64,000 nt of DNA from Diplonema japonicum (taxonomy: Eukaryota; Protista; Euglenozoa: Diplonemea). The notes under the pieces were generated by a model. That model did no database searches and had not been told where the DNA came from. It saw only the letters and a list, made by a program, of their open reading frames with translations. The stretch covers positions 992,001-1,056,000 of the forward strand of contig OZ025648.1 of NCBI GenBank assembly GCA_964019335.1, written 5' to 3'. The translations under genes and the position numbers were made by a program. Below are positions 11,498 through 22,779 of this stretch, one piece after another; position 1 is the stretch's first letter; the number at the start of each line of letters is the position of its first letter.

Positions 11498-12289
11498 ATG
11501 CTTGAATGGGAATGGGAGGTCAGTCCGTTGAGTTTCCGGAAAGCTTACGTGTGCAAGGGGATAATAGACAGGGGCGCGCACTCTCAGGTCTTCAAGGTAG
11601 GCCATCGAAGCACTGGAAATGTTTTCGCTGCTAAAATCTGCAACGACGAGGGTGAAGGTCAGCTTCTGGCATCATGTGGCGCGTGTGAAGAGGTCGTGAA
11701 ATATGTTGAAAGCTACACCGAAGGGGGCATCGAGGTCATCATCATGGAGTATGTCGAAAACGGCGATCTCTTCGGGTACCTGAGCAGGGGTGTGGTTCAG
11801 GAGAAACGGATCAAAGTAATTGTCAAGCAACTGCTCAGAGCGGTCATGTGTTTGCACAAGCTCGGTGTTGTCCACAGGGACATAAAGCTTGAAAATGTTT
11901 TGTTGACATCTGGCGGGGACGTTAAACTAGTTGATTTCGGGACAGCAGTCAGGATAGGGCAATCCCGTGTTCCATGTCTTTCTAAGTGCTGCGGATCAAG
12001 TCACTACATCGCACCTGAAATTTTGGCTACCAAAAGCGGGCATGCAAAGCGTTATGGGCAAGAAGTCGATATGTGGTCGCTCGGTGTGCTTACTTATGTG
12101 TTGCTATACAGTGCTTACCCATTCGATTTAACACCTCATACGCAGGCCCGTGAGACGGGGTCGTATTTCTTTCCTTCAAACCCTGTTCGTTCGCCCGAAG
12201 CGATCAACTTCGTTTCCTGTCTCTTGCAAGTGACGCCTTCCATGCGCCCTACAGTGCCCTGCGCGTTACAACATGCTTGGTTAAACTAA
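11498..12289 (+). CDS. Ser/Thr protein kinase, CAMK-like, kinase domain only
   Basis: RGAHSQV, FAAK, HRDIKLEN, DFG, YIAPE and DMWSLG motifs. Confidence 0.9.
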   Translation: MLEWEWEVSPLSFRKAYVCKGIIDRGAHSQVFKVGHRSTGNVFAAKICNDEGEGQLLASCGACEEVVKYVESYTEGGIEVIIMEYVENGDLFGYLSRGVVQEKRIKVIVKQLLRAVMCLHKLGVVHRDIKLENVLLTSGGDVKLVDFGTAVRIGQSRVPCLSKCCGSSHYIAPEILATKSGHAKRYGQEVDMWSLGVLTYVLLYSAYPFDLTPHTQARETGSYFFPSNPVRSPEAINFVSCLLQVTPSMRPTVPCALQHAWLN

Positions 12290-14258
12290 GAATTTTAATA
12301 ATTTTTTTTTTTCTTTTTTTTTACATACACCATACCGTGCAACCTAAGATTTTTGTCGTTAAAAAAATGGGTGTTGGGTGTCCTCGTGGGAAGACCGTGG
12401 CTTAGGCGGGGATGGCTAGTGTATAATAACGAGCTACAGCCCCTTTCAGGTTACCCACGTGGTATAGTCTTTTGCGATGGCCTCAAAGGAATTGTAAGCA
12501 TTTCTTTTTTTTTTTTAGGTTGCAGGGTATGATATGCTCTAATTTCCCCTTCCCCCCCCCTCGTGAGATGGAAATGAACATAGAAGAAAATGAAGAAAAA
12601 AAAAGAAGAAAGCCTACCTACCCCCCCCCTTTTTTTTGAACATGAGGGAGAAAAAAAAAGATATGAGAATCCTACACACTACACATTGCACGATACTTTC
12701 CTCTCATCCCCCCTTGTACTTTGAAATTTATCTAATTTTTTTTTTTTTTTTTAAACGTTGCGTCTCTAAAACCCTTGCCAAAGCAATGTCGAGGGGGGTT
12801 TTTTTTTTTCTTTTTTTTCTAAAAGGGGTTTTAGAGATGCCAGCGAACCTCTTTTTTTTTTTTTTTTTTAATTATCTCTTCTTAACCAGCAGCCATTTTT
12901 CCTTGACTTTTGTTTTTCTCTTCCTCTCGTGTCCGAAAGAAAGCTTTGGAAGGTTCAACGTCAAAAGGCACATTGTTGTTGCATGGGGGCAGCAGTCTGA
13001 TGGTACTTCTTCTCCGGAATCAGCCGCTGAAAAGAAAAATCTCAAAGGGTCAAACCATCATTATCTGAGGCATAGTGCGTGGCTTTGTTTTCCTTGAGTA
13101 CGTCTCTTTCCCCCTTAACCAGCAGCGTGTTTCTTTTTGATTGTTTTTATCTTTCTCTCCAACACCCCCCCCCCTCTCCCTTTATTATTGTCAAGAAAAG
13201 GTCTGCATTTCCGGGAGAAGGGGAAAAGAAGAAAAAGAAGAAAAGAATTCTCAAACAATAAAACAAAACAAAAAAAAATTTCTATTTTTAATCTAAAAAA
13301 ATAAAGAACGAAAGGAGGAGGAGGAGGAGGGGAAAAAAGGAAAAAAGAGAAGGAGGGGAAAAAAAACATTTCTATGTAATTTTCTTCTCTTTCCTATTCT
13401 ATTTTACCCCCCCAAAAAAATGAAGAAAAGGAAAAAGTTCCCTGTAGCTTTTGAATTTGTCTATTTTTTTTCATTTTTTTTTTCTAACTTTCCCTTCCTA
13501 TGCCTTCCTCCCTCCGTTTTTTTTTTTTTTTTTCTCTTTTTTTTTTTTTTTTTCTATCCGGTTATGAAGGTTAGAAACACAAAGCACATACTTCTCAAAA
13601 AAAGAAAAAAAAAGAAAAAGTTAACGTCGGTGGAGTTTTGAATGACACATAAAAACAAAGAAAGAACAACTACTTTAAAAAAGGAACAAAAAAAAAAAGA
13701 TGTGTACCAAAGCCTGACACAACCTTCAAGGACAAAAAAAAATTTTTTTTTGAAATAGAAAAACTCCGATAACCAATTTTTCTCTTTTTGCAATGCTCCA
13801 GAAGGAGAGCATTAGTAGATAGAGTACTCACCACAGGAGGCTGTCCTCACCTCAAATGGGATTTTTTTTTTATATTAAAGCTGCTCATGCTTTTTTTTAA
13901 AAAACATTTAGAAAACCAATTGGTTCCCCCCCCCCCCCCCCCCTCTCTTTCATTCCTGTTTCTTCTGAACTAACACCATTTTATTATTATTATTTTTCTT
14001 TTTCCTTTTTTTTTTTACCGAATCTTATACCACCCCTTTTTTTTCCTGTTTTCTGTCTTTTTCAAAAAAAAAAAAAAAAAAGAAAGGAAAAGCGCGGATG
14101 TTCCTCTCCGATTTCATTTTTTTTTTCTCGTTTCGACAATTCTATTTCGAGACTAAAACTAGCTAATGGCAACGCCAACATTAGTTTTTTTTCTTTCTTT
14201 CTTCTTTTTTTCCTTTTCTTCTTCTTTTCTTTTTAATCCATTCGTCGTCCCTCTCTCT

Positions 14259-14289
<31 letters not shown>

Positions 14290-14552
14290 CCCACATGTGT
14301 CTTTTATCCCTAATTTATTTACATTTACACGAAAGACATAAAAAAAGAAATGGAGGGGGAAAATGAGAAAAAAGAAAATGAAAGAACGTGCCACCACCCC
14401 TTCTTTTTATAAAGAGGGAAAGAAAAATAAAAAAGAAAGACGGCGGCGTTCAAGAACTAGTCCTCCCTCCCCCTACACGCATTTTGTTTCACTATTTCAA
14501 TCTCTCTCTCAAAAAAAAAAAAGAAATAATCTGAAGAAGATCTGAAAACAAA

Positions 14553-15591
14553 ATGTCGGAAGTAGCGCGTGCTGTGAAGCAGGCACATGAAATGTTCCTG
14601 GCTTACAAAAAAGTTTGTAGGGGGGAAGAGCAAAGAATAAAAAAAAAAAAAAAAAAAAGGAGAAATTTACCAACAGATACACCTGGAGAAAGGCAAAGAA
14701 GACGAGTGCAAATCGATGATCACAGCAATGAAGATCCAGTTTATGAAATTCCCCACTTTTCTGAACCCTGACGTTCAGACCCCGACAAGGTTTGGGGGAT
14801 AAAAAATAATAATAATAATAAAAGAAAAAAAAAAACAATACAGAACCCAAGAAGTAATGATCGTTCGTGAGGCCATGGAGCACGCAGTACTTTTAGCGGT
14901 GGCCACGAAAAATATGAGTATTTCCAAAAAAAAAAAAAGAAGAAAAGAAGAAAAAAAAAATCTAGACGACTTTGAAAAGCACTTCGAGATACTACGAGTG
15001 TACTACACTGACTTCCCAGACGAGCCGAAAAGCGAACGCCGGCTGCTGATACTCGGGCTGCACCTCTTGAGGCTTCTGGCTGTCAACAAGACACGCGCAT
15101 ACCACATGGAGCTGGAGAGGATAGCCGTCACGGACCAGGACAACATGTACATCAAGGTATGGGATCCTAAGCACAACAACAGCACAACACAACACACCAA
15201 GGACGTGGTGCAGCTGGAGAGGTACAACATGGAGGGGTCGTACCACAAGATGTTGCAAGCGAGGAGCAAAGTGCCGTCAAGCCACTATGTACCACTGATG
15301 GAGATGCTCCTCGAGACAGTAAGGAGGGAGGTGTTCAGGTGTGCTATGGGGGCGTATGAGTCGCTGTCTGTGGACGGGGCCAGGAGGCTCTTGATGTTCG
15401 AGAACAACGACGACCTACTTGAGTTTGTGGCGGAAGAGTCCAAGAAGCTGGGCAACAGCAGTGCATGGTTGCACCAAGGGGACAAGTTCCTCTTCTCCGA
15501 AACGGAGCACCACGATCAAACCACCCTCCCCTTCATTGACGTCATGAAAGACCAGCTCTACTACTCCCATGAGCTCCAACGGATAGCATAG
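14553..15591 (+). CDS. RPN12: 26S proteasome lid subunit RPN12/PSMD8, paralogue A; introns 14613-14676, 14790-14843, 14918-14965, 15157-15201
   Basis: ILGLHLLRLLAVN..YHMELE, LERYNMEGSYHK, LLETVRREV, AYESLS and YSHELQRI. Four GT-AG introns restore one reading frame. Confidence 0.88.
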
Positions 15592-15684
15592 CACTCCTTT
15601 TTTTTTTCTTTTTTTTTTTTTTCTTCTACGCCCTACCCTCTCGTTCTAAGTGTGGTAGACACCTATTCTTAAGAATATATATAT

Positions 15685-16105
15685 CATAGCCTGCACGTTA
15701 TAACGCAAGCATAACGTTATCAAATTGATATTTTAAAATACCCGGTATCAAATACCATAACGCAAAAAAGGGCCCATAATCTTGTTACGTACCCGTTATT
15801 TTAACGATATCGAATTAAATAACGTTATTTTAATCGGTGAAATATTAAAATAACGTTATTTAATTCGTGCAAATATTAAAATAACGTTATTTTATTCAAT
15901 GGATGATCGATGTTGCCAACAAAGGGTTATTGACTTTTGATGTCGCTCCTAGTTAAAATTTAAACATGAAGGGAGGGACTGGTAAAAAGGTAGTCTCAAT
16001 TTTAGTGCCATGCGGTATGTGACACAGCGGCCACCCTTGTGAAACTTCGCCACGAAGCCTCCCAATAAAATACCCGATTGGTATCGGTATAACGTGCAGG
16101 CTATG
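15685..16105. mobile_element. hAT-like MITE (421 bp)
   Basis: Perfect 18-bp TIR CATAGCCTGCACGTTATA, 8-bp TSD ATATATAT on both sides, and internal AATAACGTTATTT repeats. Confidence 0.8.
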
Positions 16106-16122
16106 ATATATATTTTTTAAAA

Positions 16123-16190
16123 CCCCCGTATCTCTAAAACCCGTCTGGTTTTTGGGAACGAAGCTTGGTCAATTCGTGGCAAGGTACCTT

Positions 16191-16231
<41 letters not shown>

Positions 16232-16334
16232 TGATTTTTTATGGCAGGGCATTTTCCCTTTGAGAACCCCGTTGGGTTCAATTCCCTGGAGAGGACTTTT
16301 CCCCTTGCTAAACAGGTTTTAGAGATATGAAGCG
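16123..16334. mobile_element. Short MITE-like element
   Basis: Imperfect TIR: CGTATCTCTAAAACCCGT versus ACAGGTTTTAGAGATATG. TTAA at the right end. The same terminus recurs at about 292-320. Confidence 0.5.
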
Positions 16335-16547
16335 TTAACTTTTAGATTTCCATTTTTTTTTTTTTCATCTCTTTTTTTTTCTTGTTCCCTTGAACTAACT
16401 AACACATCCTTTTTAACATTATCCATTTGAAAAAAAAAAAAAAAAAAGAAAAAAGAAATTTAAAAGAAGAAGAAAAAAAAAGAAAAGTGTTGGATTTTTT
16501 TTTCTTTCTTGCGGCGAATAGGGATCGCCCTCCACAGGTGGGTAGCA

Positions 16548-16793
16548 ATGAGCGAGGCGGTCTTGAAGGAGTGTGAAGGGAAGCTAGCAAGCTTAAAGGA
16601 GGTGTGCCACTCTGTCATCATTCACATTTTTCCACACAACAGCTCTACTCGGGTGACGGTGTCCCAGCCAAGCCCGATGAGTGCAAGAAGCTGATACGTG
16701 ACCTGAAGCTTCTCTTCATTGAGTTCCCTTCATTCCTCTCGCCGACTGCCAAAACCAGCACCCGGTATGAATGTCCTTCAGTTTCCCCACGAA

Positions 16794-16831
<38 letters not shown>

Positions 16832-18878
16832 CTTGCAGGAGCAAAGAGGTTGCTATCGTTCGTGAGACCATGGAACACGCGGTGCTTTTAGCGGTGGCCA
16901 CAAAAAACATGGGTATTCTTCACGGGGAAGAATAAACATAGACCGAATCATAAAAATCATAATCGGCCTGCCGATTGAGGCCGATTAAAATTTGGGTGGG
17001 GGTTTTCGGTCTCAAAGTTGTTGCTCAGAGGTTAGGGACGGTTGCCCCAGAGAGAGGGAGCTTTTCTTCATGATGTTTTTGCTCTGTTTCCACCCAGACC
17101 CCTCCTTTGCTCTGTTTCCACCCAGACCCCTGCAATCGGCCTATAACATGGCTCCAAATGGCCTATGTCTCGACTTCGGTCGATGAATAATAATAATAAT
17201 ATGAGCTCGTCCGGACGAAAATGTCAACACTTTTTTGGGCACCTCCGAAAATTTCTTGTTTTGATTATTTGAGCAAAAAAAGGGCAGCATGCAACCATAG
17301 GAAGATGACATACATGGTGTACATGACACCATTCTTTCAATTGCGATGCTTGTTTTGCGATGAGGATGGCAGGCTTTGCAACCGGCTGCCCCGGGAAGCG
17401 AAAAATAGAGGTCAAAAAAACGGCGAAAAATGTTTAAAATGCAATTTCATTGCTTAAAATGCAGCATCTAGGGTGCATAAAATTGGTGATCAAGCGCACT
17501 TGTGACCCCTGGGTACAACCCAGGGTCGGGTTACTGTTAAAAGTACTTAGCGAAAAATATATGGCGCCGCATAGCCCCCGAAAATCCGGTTTTTTACACC
17601 CTATTTTTTGGCTTTTTCAAGGGGTTCCTAAGGGATTTTGGCCTTTTTCAGAAAAACCAATTCTTAACACTTGCCTGCTCATGCAGAGCTTCGGCATTGG
17701 TATCTTTGGGGTCAAACTTTCATTCTAGGTTTTTCCTTTTCTTTTGCACTCATAATACTTTAAAAGTGAAAATTTTGCTTTTTTAAGGGGTTTTAAAGGG
17801 ATTTTAGCCTTAAATAGGCCAAAATGGCACTGTAAGGGTAAGTTCTCCCCACCCCATTTTAATAGTGATTTAGAGTCCAGCCCACCCAAAATGACCCCAA
17901 AGGTTTCACAGATTTTCAGTTTGCCTCCATTCCTCCTGTCGCTTTTCACGGAAAAACGAAAATAAAAAATGGAGTCTGGGTTATTTGTAACTTCCAAATT
18001 GAATCGTTTGCCAAAAACCATTCTAAAAAACATGTTGTTGCACGTGCGTTTTAAAAATAAAACAAACGGCGAGCATTTTAACCTATATGGTGTTCAAGCT
18101 TAGACGGCATTTCTGCACACAAAGTGGTGTCGGACTACTTTTCTACTTAGAAGTTTAACGGGGGTTTTCCGCCGCATAGGAGGGTCATTTGTTGACATTT
18201 TTTTCCGGACGAGCTCATATAAAAAAAACTTTTTTTTTCTTTCCCATAGACGACTTTGAAAAGCACTTCGAGATACTACGAGTGTACTACACTGACTTCC
18301 CAGACGAGCCGAAAAGCGAACGCCGGCTGCTGATACTCGGGCTGCACCTCTTGAGGCTTCTGGCTGTCAACAAGACACGCGCATACCACATGGAGCTGGA
18401 GAGGATAGCCGTCACGGACCAGGACAACATGTACATCAAGGTATGGGATCCTAAGCACAACAACAGCACAACACAACACACCAAGGACGTGGTGCAGCTG
18501 GAGAGGTACAACATGGAGGGGTCGTACCACAAGATGTTGCAAGCGAGGAGCAAAGTGCCGTCAAGCCACTATGTACCACTGATGGAGATGCTCCTCGAGA
18601 CAGTAAGGAGGGAGGTGTTCAGGTGTGCTATGGGGGCGTATGAGTCGCTGTCTGTGGACGGGGCCAGGAGGCTCTTGATGTTCGAGAACAACGACGACCT
18701 GAAGAAATTTATTCAAGCCGAGAAAGAGGCACGGGGTGAAGAGATGCAGGGCTGGGACCTTGTTGGCGAAGAATACACCTTTGTACACCAGACCAGCCGG
18801 GAGGGTACCCTGCTGCCCTTCATGACTATTATCAACGACAACCTTAAGTACTCTAACGAGCTCCAGCGTATTGTATAG
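16548..18878 (+). CDS. RPN12: 26S proteasome lid subunit RPN12/PSMD8, paralogue B; introns 16602-16642, 16765-16838, 16913-18249, 18441-18485
   Basis: Same intron phases and equivalent positions as paralogue A, an identical central tract, and different termini (ends KYSNELQRIV*). Confidence 0.86.
16937..17185. mobile_element. Small TIR element in intron 3 of RPN12-B
   Basis: Imperfect TIR CATAGACCGAA / TTCGGTCGATG. A similar terminus (CATAGACCGAAGTC) occurs near 59056. No clean TSD. Confidence 0.45.
17202..18217. mobile_element. ~1-kb non-autonomous TA-flanked (Tc1/mariner-like) element, copy 1, intronic
   Basis: TIR TGAGCTCGTCCGGA..AAAATGTCAAC with TA on both flanks. A near-identical copy lies at 38888-39911. 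Confidence 0.85.
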
Positions 18879-19262
18879 ACAAGGGCAGGAAAGGAGGGTG
18901 GGGTTATACACTTCTTTTTTTATATTTTTTTTTAACATTTAGAGGTTTTTTTTTAATGGGAGGAAGGGGGGGGGGGGGGGGGGGTAAGGGTTTGAAAGTG
19001 CAACCGGTAGAAAAAGAGGAAGGAGGAAAAAGAAAAGAACGGAAAAAAAAAAGAAAGAAAAAGAAAGTGTGATGGGTGACTTTTCTCACCCCCTACCCCC
19101 CCCCCCCCCCTTTGTTTTCACCACTCCTCCTTTTTTTAATACTTTATTTATGTTCTTTCTGTGTCTTTTTGTTTAGTATTGATCTCTTGCGATCTCTTCT
19201 TAATTAATTGTCCATAGAACAGAAAGGAAGAGAAAAAAAAAAAGAGAAAAAAAACATGCAAC

Positions 19263-20808
19263 ATGTTATACCTTCCACACGACGAGAGTGAAGGGGAAGA
19301 CGTGCAGAGCAATGGCACGATGCAAGGGTGCAAAAGGATTTCGACCCCGTCAGTTGTTGCAGGGGCGCAGTCGGTGAGTTGCCTGTCTTTGGAGGTAAAG
19401 AACGGCTACGAAGCATCAATGGAAAAAGCACTTCTTGCAGCTGTAATTGAGCTTGACAACAAGTATGCGAAACAAAAAAAAAGTTTTTTTTTTTCTTCCT
19501 TTCCAGATTGTCAATCCTCCCTCCTCACCAACCACTCTGCCAGCCTAAAGGCATGGTTCTTGCACCGTACCGACCCTTGGGCCTCGGGATGCAGGTAATG
19601 GCGGAACGATCGCTCATCTGCGAATGGTCTCTGTTTCACAGCTTCAGTTTGAAAGGTGTCTCATCCCTTCACAAACCGCTTGTTAAACACGCTCCCCGGG
19701 CAAGAACACCCTTAAACCCCACCGTTTTCACAACCCACAACAAAAACGTTCTCGCTGTCACGGGGCAGAAAATGAACACCATGCCGCACCCGGAACGGCA
19801 CCGTATTGAAGCAGCTAACGGAGGGCATTATGAAGATGATGGACTACCAACGGAAGAAACACTATGCGAGTGCGGAGGCGAACCCAGCCCGATCGACCTG
19901 TCAGGACTGTCAAGCTATGTAACGCGGAAGCAGTATAAACGCCTCGGCGACCAGTGGAGCAAGTCGAAGAGGGGGAAGATAAAACGAAAGGTAATCGACG
20001 ACCCTGAAACAGCGTTCAAGAAAGACGTAGTTGCCGAGGTAGTAAAGGACTTGTGGTGTTCAGCCGTCGTGCCTGCACTCGCAGCTCTTGTCCCCCCACA
20101 GGGCGTCGTAGTGGTGGAGGACGCGGTTCGAAGCAGCACAGCAAACAGCACGGAAACGGAATGCAGCACCACAAAAGCATCGAACAGAGAACGAGGAGCG
20201 AAAGGAGTCCGTCCTCACACAGGCGAACCCCGAAACACAACTGATATTTGGGCCCCACCTCAGGAAGCAGGGGCTCCTTTACAACCACTCCCACCTCCGT
20301 CTGTGAAAGGACCCGTCGAAAAAAAAAAAAAGCGGAAGGCCGAGAAAAAAAAGGGGAAGAAACACATGAGGCTTGACGAATATGTGACGGAACAGAACAG
20401 GCTTTTCGCAGAAGGCCTTGCGCCGTACGCAGAGGGGTCGCATGATGCGATTAAGGAGTATAAAGGCGGCGACAGGGCGTCGAGTGGGTTGGCGCTTCCT
20501 CCGTTGTACACCTGTGCTGAGGCGCCAGGTACTCTTACGGACAGTGGGGGGAATTTGTCGATTGGCATGGGGACTGCGGCGGGCGGATCGATAACACCCT
20601 TAACCTCGCTGCGGGATTCGCCGTCGCCTCTTGATGTGTCTCTTCCCACCATTCTTTCCAGAAAACCTGTTATAAGTTCCCGCTATGATTGGCCGTTACG
20701 CGCGCAAACGGTATTGTGGGGCAAAAAAAAAAAAAAAAAAAAAAAAACCAGGCGATACCATCCCGAGCGCGAGCGTTGCGCTTGCAACAGCAATTTGAGC
20801 CCAGCTAA
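19263..20808 (+). CDS. Hypothetical protein; introns 19463-19506 and 20711-20751
   Basis: Two GT-AG introns join ORF 19263 to ORF 19508 and to a short final exon (AIPSRARALRLQQQFEPS*). Confidence 0.65.
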
Positions 20809-21566
20809 TATTTAAAAAAAAAAAAAAAGAAAGGGGGTGAATTTTTCTAAATTTATAAATATAATAAAGGGGAGGGGGATTTGATGTTTTAAAAAGAGAG
20901 AGCCGCGACAAAAAAAAAAAAGAAAGGGGGAAAGAGAACAGAAATGTTACACCGCTTTTTTCTTCGTTTCTTTTTTTCTTTCTTATTCGTTTCATTATCC
21001 GCCCACACATCCACACCTTTTTTTTTTTTTTTCTCTCTTACCTTTTCTCTTTTCAAAAAGTAGAAGTACGGCTTAGTCACTTTTTTTTTTTATTTATTTC
21101 GTCCTCTAAAGCACCCCTCCGACACATACAAAAGAAAGAAAGGAAAAAGAAAAATGAAAAAGAAAGCTCCCATCCCCGTGGCCCATCTCCAGTCGTAGCC
21201 TAATTTAAAAGACGGGTGGAAATTAACCCCTCAACATGGTAATTTTATTCCTACCCCCAGACTGGTGTCTTTACGCGAAAATCTCGGGCGGGTACAAAAA
21301 AAAAAAAAAGAATTTTTGGGTGGTGGGACACCCTTAAAAAAGAGAAAAAAAAAAAGAAATTGTGGCAAAAACTGGAGGCCGTAGTATTTAGGTGCCACAA
21401 TCCTCTCCCCCTTAATATTTTTCCTTTCAGTAATGATTTTTTTTCTTTTTTTTTTTTTTTTCGTATTGTTTTTTTTTTTTTTTTTTTTTTTCTTTTTTTT
21501 TTTCTTTCTCCCATATCTTGGTGGAAAACGGGAGAGAAAAAAAAAAGGGGTAATAATATAAAAATT

Positions 21567-21598
<32 letters not shown>

Positions 21599-21609
21599 AA
21601 AAAAGAAAT

Positions 21610-22779
21610 ATGAAGGCGTTGAAGGCTTCTGCTGTTGTGGAGACCGTCGAAAAGCTTCTGTTAGAGCAGCGCAAGCATGGGATTGAGTACCAAGGGTTTC
21701 TGGCCAACCACGTGCACTGGGTTGCTATGGTGTATACCAGATCCGGGTTTTCAGAGGAGGAGGTCCGCAAGCACATAGACAACTACAACGCACGCATCGA
21801 CTACCCAGAGACCAGCCCTGCGGAGACAGTGCAAGACCCTGAGAAGCTAATCTCGGATGACGGGAAGAACCATGAGACCCTGACAGCCTGCTTCGACAAG
21901 GAGCTAGAAGAGACCATCCTCAAGGAAGGCAGCACGGAAAAGGGCATCGCAACCTTCACCGCCGCCCGCCTCCCCGCCGTCGTTAAAGGCGTTGGTGCAG
22001 CAGCATTCCACCCTATCCTTTTATTAGGTCTTGGTGTTGAAGGAAGAATCCCCAATGCTGTGGCGTCGGGTCTGGCTTATATGTACTGCCGGACTTGGAG
22101 GGAACATGATGATGTTGATGTGATGATTGGTGATGAAAAAGCTCTTTTTACAACATTGAAGACGTGGAGTGCTGAGGTGGCCCCCAAACTGGTGCTGTCG
22201 GGTTCTTTTAGGAAGCGAGAGTTAGAGGTGCACCGGGTCTTGCTGGAGCACAGCTGCGTTGTTCCTGGGGAGGAACAGTTGATTCCTGCCTTGCACGACA
22301 TGTTTATCTTCGCAGCAGCGGCACTGTTGGCAAGCGAGAACGAGTTCTTTATTTTGCATGGCCTCACGTCTTTGTGGTCAATGTATCACGTGGTGGTTCA
22401 GGACATCCCTCGTGCGCTGCGGGCGGAGCTCGTGGGGTCATGGCTGCGGGCGTTTTTCGCTGCCTTTGCTGCGCAGAAGTTCCCTGGTCTTGAGGTTGCT
22501 TTAAGTGTGTTAGAGTTCCTTAGCAACAAGGATTATACTGGGATGGTGAAGAGCCTGCCGCAGCCTCCTCCCGAAGCGTCTTGGGAAGCGTGCATAGCCA
22601 AGTCCGCTACTTATCATGACGAGGAACATTGTATCAAAGCTATTTGGATGCTTCGTGAGGTGGTACCCCTGTGCCCTCCTGAAGTGGAGCCCTTGCTCTT
22701 GCATGCTGCGCATCGTGTTGCGACGCACACTCCTGAGGACCGTGGTGGGGCAAAGGCTACCCTTCGCTTTGCCTTGTAG
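21610..22779 (+). CDS. Questin oxidase-like (DUF4243) family protein
   Basis: His motifs spaced as in this family: GFLANH, AAAFHPILLLG, FFILHGLTS and DEEHCIK. Intronless, 389 aa. Confidence 0.75.
   Translation: MKALKASAVVETVEKLLLEQRKHGIEYQGFLANHVHWVAMVYTRSGFSEEEVRKHIDNYNARIDYPETSPAETVQDPEKLISDDGKNHETLTACFDKELEETILKEGSTEKGIATFTAARLPAVVKGVGAAAFHPILLLGLGVEGRIPNAVASGLAYMYCRTWREHDDVDVMIGDEKALFTTLKTWSAEVAPKLVLSGSFRKRELEVHRVLLEHSCVVPGEEQLIPALHDMFIFAAAALLASENEFFILHGLTSLWSMYHVVVQDIPRALRAELVGSWLRAFFAAFAAQKFPGLEVALSVLEFLSNKDYTGMVKSLPQPPPEASWEACIAKSATYHDEEHCIKAIWMLREVVPLCPPEVEPLLLHAAHRVATHTPEDRGGAKATLRFAL

Noticed and set aside
16250-16300. GGTTCAATTCCC, resembling a tRNA T-loop/B-box
   Set aside because: No acceptor stem, D-arm or anticodon arm could be built, and it lies inside a MITE-like element.
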